Shown: positions 31,825 through 36,779 of the stretch, one piece after another
Layout of the letters: each line of letters starts with the position of its first letter
Numbering within the stretch: the first letter of the stretch is position 1
Source: a virus
DNA length: 36,779 nucleotides
Virus record (IMG/VR): IMGVR_UViG_3300000116_000001
Location: 1-36,779 of that record
Strand: one strand, 5' to 3'
The notes under the pieces: generated by a model
What the model saw: only the letters and a program-made list of their open reading frames with translations
The model's database searches: none
Told to the model about the DNA's origin: nothing
Made by a program: the position numbers and the translations under genes

Positions 31825-32423
31825 GCCATACTCCTCTTGCCTACACTAGACACCTGTTTAATTCTATGGAATCCACCTACCTCTTTCCATCTTGCTTTAG
31901 CTTTATCACCTATCAATCCATCCACAGGGCAAGGTGAACCCGCATCCATCATGGATTTCCAGATGTTTTCGTCTTGACATGCTCTTGCTATTGCCGCTAC
32001 TTTCATACCTAGTTTAGCTAATACAGCTACTGACTTTCTCATTTCGCATTGTGGATCTACATAGTATGAGCCGAATGAACCACTGAAACCAATGACTGTA
32101 ACACCAGCAGCGAGAGGAATGACACAAGAGTCCTGTCCATACACAGACATAGAGGGCGCTGAGGCTGGGTTTACGGCTGTTTTCTGGTTGGTACTATTGT
32201 TTGTCTCATTATTTGTCGTGCTATTAGAGGATGAGCCTGATTGATATGTGGTTGCTGACTCATATCCACCTGTGATTGCTGTGTTAGAACCAGCATTATT
32301 AGACTGGGTATTGGTAGTACTACCACTAGAAGTTACATCACCTACTGCATTCTCTATACATAAGATGATAATGAACAAGGCTAAGATGCCTACACCTTTT
32401 AAGACTTTCTTCCGCATTTCCAT
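31812..32423 (-). CDS. Signal-anchored or secreted 203-aa protein with an S/T/N-rich linker and a 4-Cys C-terminal domain
   Basis: The N-terminus is MEMRKKVLKGVGILALFIIILCIENAVG. The linker is SSGSTTNTQSNNAGSNT...NNETNNSTNQ. The C-domain is CVIPLAAGVTVIGFSGSFGSYYVDPQC...ARACQDEN...GSPCPVDG. Confidence 0.6.
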   Translation of the reverse strand: MEMRKKVLKGVGILALFIIILCIENAVGDVTSSGSTTNTQSNNAGSNTAITGGYESATTYQSGSSSNSTTNNETNNSTNQKTAVNPASAPSMSVYGQDSCVIPLAAGVTVIGFSGSFGSYYVDPQCEMRKSVAVLAKLGMKVAAIARACQDENIWKSMMDAGSPCPVDGLIGDKAKARWKEVGGFHRIKQVSSVGKRSMAWNK

Positions 32424-32653
32424 TTTCTTAATGCCAGTGCTTTCCTAGTTGGTCTACCTTTAGAATCTTTCATTGGTCCTTTAACTCCAGACATTCTGGC
32501 ACAGAAACTTGCACGTCTACCCGCAGCTTTAGATCCTTTAGGTGCTTTGCCTGTCACTGGAGGCTTAAGCTTAGAGCCAGTCTTCTTATTGAAGTGCGCT
32601 CTACCCGCTGCATTAAGTCCACCTGTAGGGTTCTGAAATTTTTTAGCTACCAT
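32399..32653 (-). CDS. Very basic 84-aa protein (DUF5872-like?)
   Basis: FQNPTGGLNAAGRAHFNKKTGSKLKPPV...GRRASFCARMSG...KGRPTRKALALRKWKC matches my memory of a small family seen in marine phages and giant viruses. Unverified. Confidence 0.55.
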   Translation of the reverse strand: MVAKKFQNPTGGLNAAGRAHFNKKTGSKLKPPVTGKAPKGSKAAGRRASFCARMSGVKGPMKDSKGRPTRKALALRKWKCGRKS

Positions 32654-32778
32654 TATTTCTTCTTCTTAGGAAAGCCTTTCTTCATATTGTCGTATGCTTT
32701 CTTAGTTACAGTAGAGTTCTTTTTACTTCTACTTGTCCCAGCTTTCTTACGTTTGTTTATGTTTTCATATAAGCTCAT
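32653..32778 (-). CDS. Very basic 41-aa protein (below the track cutoff)
   Basis: My translation: MSLYENINKRKKAGTSRSKKNSTVTKKAYDNMKKGFPKKKK. A strong AAGGAG SD lies 6 nt upstream of the ATG at 32778, and the stop overlaps the next ATG (TAATG). Confidence 0.55.
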   Translation of the reverse strand: MSLYENINKRKKAGTSRSKKNSTVTKKAYDNMKKGFPKKKK

Positions 32779-32780
32779 AG

Positions 32781-33215
32781 TTATCTCCTTACTAATGATC
32801 CGCCAAAATATAGACCAACGATTGAACTAACTACATGCGTGTCGAGGGGCGTAATAACTAGCCCAGTCATTGGCTTCCATTGTGTTATGTCTGTTGATGA
32901 TGCAAATATCCACCACCCTTGCATGACTGCCTCAGTGTAACCTACATAGATTGGCATTGATGAGTCAATAAAGGGGGCTAACTTAGGCAATACAATAATC
33001 GCTACCACACAGATTAATGCAATCCATCGCCTAGTATTTTTTGTAAATGAATCTTGCACATCACGTGCCTTATCTTTTTGTTTAGCATCAAAGTTAGCTC
33101 GTTGCATAAGCATCTTCTGTTCATCTGCTTTATCTTTTCCTTTCTGAGCCATGATGGATAAGACTCCACCTAGTACTGTTGATACAAGCATTGATATTAA
33201 TTCTATTGGAAACAC
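32781..33215 (-). CDS. Integral membrane protein, ~3 TM (holin candidate)
   Basis: 144 aa with a GTG start preceded by AGGAGAAG. The hydrophobic helices are ISMLVSTVLGGVLSIMA, WIALICVVAIIVLPKLAPFI and VVSSIVGLYFGGSL. A long K/D/Q-rich loop lies between the first two helices. Confidence 0.55.
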   Translation of the reverse strand: MFPIELISMLVSTVLGGVLSIMAQKGKDKADEQKMLMQRANFDAKQKDKARDVQDSFTKNTRRWIALICVVAIIVLPKLAPFIDSSMPIYVGYTEAVMQGWWIFASSTDITQWKPMTGLVITPLDTHVVSSIVGLYFGGSLVRR

Positions 33216-33224
33216 AATCTTCTC

Positions 33225-34274
33225 CTATGTAGCTAGTGCTATTGTTCCGTTACTTCCTACCATTGGCATTTCAGCAAAAGCCATGTAAATATACTTTGAA
33301 TTTTCTTGGTTTGCTTTACCATCTGTGGTTGCTAATCTAAATCCATTACTTTCAAATTGAATAGTACAGTTTGTTGCAGTAGTGGTATCAACAAATTTAA
33401 GTGTTCTCGTTCTTGTACCACCTAAACCATAACCTGTTAGTCCTGATACTTTCACTGCCCATTCTTCAGTAGCATCCCATTTTTTAAACATTATCCATTT
33501 AGGTCTAAAACCACAATAAACTTTAGTTCCATATAGATGTCCTGTGCCTGAATAAAATCCAAACTTACTAAACCCTTTTACTTCTGCAAAACAATAAGCA
33601 ATACAAGGAGCGCCATCAGTATTATGATGTGATTTAGTTCCTATACTCCATAAAGTAGTTGTAGGTTTTGTGTCATTCCAACCATCAGCATCATCTTGAA
33701 ACGCTCCTGTTGATGCAAACTGTATTAAGTCTGTTTCAGTATCAGAGTACATTGTTGTGCCACCATTGAACACATCTCCTCTATCTGAAAGTGTTGTTGC
33801 TTTTGCTATTATAACTTTCGGTACAGCACCTAATCCATGACCAATAGTTCCTACTGCTCCTGTACCTGTATACCTACATATGCTTATACCAGCAGTCTGA
33901 TTAACTTGAACAGTAGAATTTATTGAACCTGATGTGTTGCTTGATTCTGAACCAGCATTTATTTTCCAACAAGCAGACATATATTTTTGACCAGCATCAT
34001 TAGTATTTGCTATGTTTCCAGTTAAAGTAAATCCATCTGATGTATAACTAGCCACATATGTTGTTGTATCAACAGCATTGTTTCCACTAGGAATCCAATT
34101 CTTAGCTGTACCCTCTGATGAGTTGTTTAATACTGGGTGTCCAGTACCCTCATATACTTTAATCCAAAGAGCATCAGGTTTAAAAGCCATGTTGTTAATT
34201 GTGGTTGTGCTATCACTACCATCCCATGTAGGACAGTCAAAGTGATCGTGTGGTTGAAATGAAATAAATGCCAT
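33225..34274 (-). CDS. Structural / receptor-binding accessory protein with three internal repeats
   Basis: 349 aa. The recurring module is W-x-G...F(K/R)P-x-x-WI(K/M): TWDGSDSTTTINNMAFKPDALWIKV, RYTGTGAVGTIGHGLGAVPKVIIAK and FYSGTGHLYGTKVYCGFRPKWIMFK. It lies downstream of the fibre genes. Confidence 0.6.
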   Translation of the reverse strand: MAFISFQPHDHFDCPTWDGSDSTTTINNMAFKPDALWIKVYEGTGHPVLNNSSEGTAKNWIPSGNNAVDTTTYVASYTSDGFTLTGNIANTNDAGQKYMSACWKINAGSESSNTSGSINSTVQVNQTAGISICRYTGTGAVGTIGHGLGAVPKVIIAKATTLSDRGDVFNGGTTMYSDTETDLIQFASTGAFQDDADGWNDTKPTTTLWSIGTKSHHNTDGAPCIAYCFAEVKGFSKFGFYSGTGHLYGTKVYCGFRPKWIMFKKWDATEEWAVKVSGLTGYGLGGTRTRTLKFVDTTTATNCTIQFESNGFRLATTDGKANQENSKYIYMAFAEMPMVGSNGTIALAT

Positions 34275-34278
34275 ATCG

Positions 34279-35718
34279 TTATCCTGTGTTCTTAATGTTC
34301 TTAGTACATATTGCTAAGAATCCTGATGGTGGAACATATTCAAAAATTCCAACTCCAGCAGAATCTGCATTGCCGCTGCTGACTAAAGTCGTCCCAAACG
34401 CCCCTCTTCCGAAGTTGCAATACATATAATAATTTGCACTACTATGGTTTACTGCTGTAACATTGACTCCCCAAAACTCATCTCCTTTAGCAAAAGATAA
34501 TCCAGGATTAGCTCCTGTTGCAGGATTTCCTACATTGGAAGTTCCAGGTGCATTGAACCATGTACCATTTTTACCAAACCATATCTTAGATGTAGCACTT
34601 GTTAAATCTACTGCCATCATAATGATGTTATTAACACTTGCTTGAACACCATAGTTTACAGTTCCACCACCACCATCATCTATAAGATTGGGTGTGCCAG
34701 TCATGGGTTGGTAAGTAATTCCCTCGCAACCATTTGAACCTGTTTCTTTTCCTACGATTGCATTAGCTCCAGTATATTGCCATCTTCTTGAAGCATGAGT
34801 ACCATTTTTATAAATTGATATTGTGTTGCCATCTGCTTGTGTGTTTGCTGATGCTGGTTTAAATTCTGCATACCATTTACCATCTGACACCATCATTGTT
34901 CCATTAACACCTCTAGCATTGCCTGTTGTTCCTAGATAAGCTGTGCCAGCATGGTCTACATACTCACCACCATTATTAATAGATTGATAATCTGATTGGT
35001 TTTTATCTAATGTTATAAAGTTATTACTAGGTGTATCTGTGTCTTGTATAAATGTTCCTGATGTAGCCATGTTATTACTTTCGCCACTAGAATCTAATCC
35101 AAAGTTACTAGCATTTTCGTACTTTAGGAAGAACCCATTTGTTCCATAAGTTACACTTGGAGATAATTTTGCTTTCCATTCACCTGTTGTACTGTCAGTT
35201 TCACCGAATGTTGATGGTGCATAAGACTGTCCATCTGCAAAATGGGTATGGGCTAACAATCCATTAAAGTTTCTATTAAGCCCTTTAAAGTTTCCTATTC
35301 TGTGTTCAACATTCATGTTTATACCTAAGTCTTGATTTTGGTTAGGTATAGTATTAGTAGCTAAAGATGTTTCTGCATCTCCACCATTAATGTAAATTCT
35401 TACTCTATTTGCTGCTGTTGATTGGGTAGTGTCACACCTAACTACCAAGTGATACCACGAGGTAGGGTCACGAAGTAATCTGTTCGTTACTTGATTTAAA
35501 ACATTTGAGCTACTTGCATATGATTGCACTTGTATTCCATAAGTTGACGTTACAGCTATATATGCAAAATCTGCATTATTACCTTCATAACTATTTGCCC
35601 ATATTACTTTATCAGAAACTGGATTATCAGGTAGTTTAAACCATGTGCTAAATGTCCAAGTTTTTCTGTTACTTGCATCTAGTGTTTTGCTTAAATATGA
35701 TGATGCTGTTGTTGCCAT
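34279..35718 (-). CDS. LamG (concanavalin-like lectin) + SPRY domain protein, probable tail-fibre or receptor-binding component
   Basis: 479 aa. The LamG-type pattern is KTWTFSTWFKL...SWYHLVVRCDT...VRIYINGG...FNGLLAHTHF. The SPRY-type core is GKWYAEFKP. It lies immediately downstream of the tail fibre. Confidence 0.7.
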   Translation of the reverse strand: MATTASSYLSKTLDASNRKTWTFSTWFKLPDNPVSDKVIWANSYEGNNADFAYIAVTSTYGIQVQSYASSSNVLNQVTNRLLRDPTSWYHLVVRCDTTQSTAANRVRIYINGGDAETSLATNTIPNQNQDLGINMNVEHRIGNFKGLNRNFNGLLAHTHFADGQSYAPSTFGETDSTTGEWKAKLSPSVTYGTNGFFLKYENASNFGLDSSGESNNMATSGTFIQDTDTPSNNFITLDKNQSDYQSINNGGEYVDHAGTAYLGTTGNARGVNGTMMVSDGKWYAEFKPASANTQADGNTISIYKNGTHASRRWQYTGANAIVGKETGSNGCEGITYQPMTGTPNLIDDGGGGTVNYGVQASVNNIIMMAVDLTSATSKIWFGKNGTWFNAPGTSNVGNPATGANPGLSFAKGDEFWGVNVTAVNHSSANYYMYCNFGRGAFGTTLVSSGNADSAGVGIFEYVPPSGFLAICTKNIKNTG

Positions 35719-36779
35719 AATGTCCTCTAGTTAAATGCCATGCTGTTAGCCATACCAACACTTGCTGTTATACTGAATGCTCGATCTACAGTTTGACCCT
35801 CTGCATCTGTTAATCTTAATGTAAAATTATACGTTGTGCTAGCTGTTGGAGATGGAGCTGTACCTGTTATTACACCTGTTCCGCTATTAAGCGTTAAATT
35901 CATTGTTGATGCTGGGGTATTAGCGTTACTTGTTAAGACACTTGTGGTCTCGCTGAAAGCTACTGTTGAGTCTGATGATCCATCTACATCTATAGACACT
36001 GATGCTCCAGCTGCAACCTCGCCTAAACTTCCAGCACTTGTGCTAAAGGTAGGAGCTGCGCTTGCTGTAATAATATTATTGGTACTACGTCCAGCATTAC
36101 CATCTGGATTCTCTATTCTCACATGGTAAGCACCAGTTGCTAAAGTTACATTTACAGATAGCGTTGTAGCATTAGTAAATGAAACAGAGTTAGGTCTAGT
36201 AATTGCACCAGTAGTTTTAATAAATTCAACAATAGGTACAGTTACAAAGTTTGAACCCGTAATATTAATTGTTGTTGCTGATGATGGAGCTATTGTTTGT
36301 GATACATTAGCTACTGTTGGTTTAGTCTCTCCAACTGTCACACTTCCACCAAGACTAACTGCGCTTCCATTAATGGTAATAGCGGAAGCTGCCAATTTGG
36401 CAATAGGAATGCCAGCAAGAGTAATGTTTAGTGTCTCGTTGCTACCATCGTTAGTCTCAGTGAGAGTAACACCAGTACTTCCTGTAGCCGTTAGCTTAGC
36501 TAACAAACCACCAGCACTGCTGTCGTTTGAGGAAATTTTTACGTTTGAATCTGTTGATGCAACTGAGTTCCATGCCGAACCTGAGTAATACTTAAAGGTA
36601 TTAGATGAGGTATTGAAGTTTAAATCACCAGCATTTAAAGATGAATCTGGATCTCCACTAGTTACTCTGTATCTGTCTGCAAAACTATTAACTCCAGCTA
36701 TATTGCCAGCTACAGTAGTTACATTAGATGCAATTCCAGCTACCGAAGTAACGTTTGATGCAATCCCAGCCACTGTTGT
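34556..36779. repeat. Terminal redundancy, right copy (identical to 1..2224)
   Basis: Same evidence as the left copy. Both boundaries lie inside ORFs (LamG-SPRY gene and tail-fibre gene). This looks like a circular-assembly overlap rather than a physical DTR. Confidence 0.93.
35727..36779 (-). CDS. Tail fibre, C-terminal ~350 codons only (duplicate of 1172..2224; cut by the window edge)
   Basis: The translation is identical to the C-terminal part of the 579-aa ORF. The leading M in the track ORF is an edge artefact. Confidence 0.85.
   Translation of the reverse strand, partial: TTVAGIASNVTSVAGIASNVTTVAGNIAGVNSFADRYRVTSGDPDSSLNAGDLNFNTSSNTFKYYSGSAWNSVASTDSNVKISSNDSSAGGLLAKLTATGSTGVTLTETNDGSNETLNITLAGIPIAKLAASAITINGSAVSLGGSVTVGETKPTVANVSQTIAPSSATTINITGSNFVTVPIVEFIKTTGAITRPNSVSFTNATTLSVNVTLATGAYHVRIENPDGNAGRSTNNIITASAAPTFSTSAGSLGEVAAGASVSIDVDGSSDSTVAFSETTSVLTSNANTPASTMNLTLNSGTGVITGTAPSPTASTTYNFTLRLTDAEGQTVDRAFSITASVGMANSMAFN

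Overview
This window holds slightly more than one complete copy of a small, AT-rich tailed-phage genome of podovirus type. Bases 1-2224 recur exactly at 34556-36779. The unit is therefore 34,555 bp, and the window is a circular or circularly permuted genome opened inside the tail-fibre and LamG-SPRY genes.

Coding is dense and splits into two arms.
- Late arm (minus strand, about 27 kb): starts at 22870 with two basic proteins of unknown function and small ORFs. It continues through TerL, portal, scaffold, capsid, T7-like tail tube A/B, three internal (ejection) proteins and a tail fibre. It then crosses the 1/34555 junction, passes two receptor-binding-type proteins, and ends at 30078 with a six-gene cassette of membrane, secreted and basic proteins.
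- Early arm (plus strand, about 6.6 kb, 23466-30085): small unknown genes, DUF2958-like and DUF1281/Api92-like genes, and a recombination module (YqaJ-type exonuclease, putative annealase, SSB, Ref/HNH-like nuclease).

A TerS-like gene sits alone on the minus strand inside the early arm. The arms diverge from a 595-bp non-coding, compositionally odd region (22871-23465). They converge with an 8-nt tail-to-tail overlap at 30078-30085.

I recognise no DNA or RNA polymerase, primase/helicase, integrase, repressor, tRNA, CRISPR array or endolysin. Gene order is reminiscent, from memory only, of HTVC010P-type marine podoviruses with a T7/BPP-1-like structural module.

All functional calls rest on reading motifs, protein size and synteny; no database search was run. 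The most interesting candidates are:
- the envelope-directed terminal cassette, in a genome with no recognisable muralytic enzyme;
- an ART-like ORF at the head of the late operon;
- the non-coding control region;
- the displaced TerS;
- the plasmid-leading-region-like early genes;
- a replication module reduced to recombination proteins.
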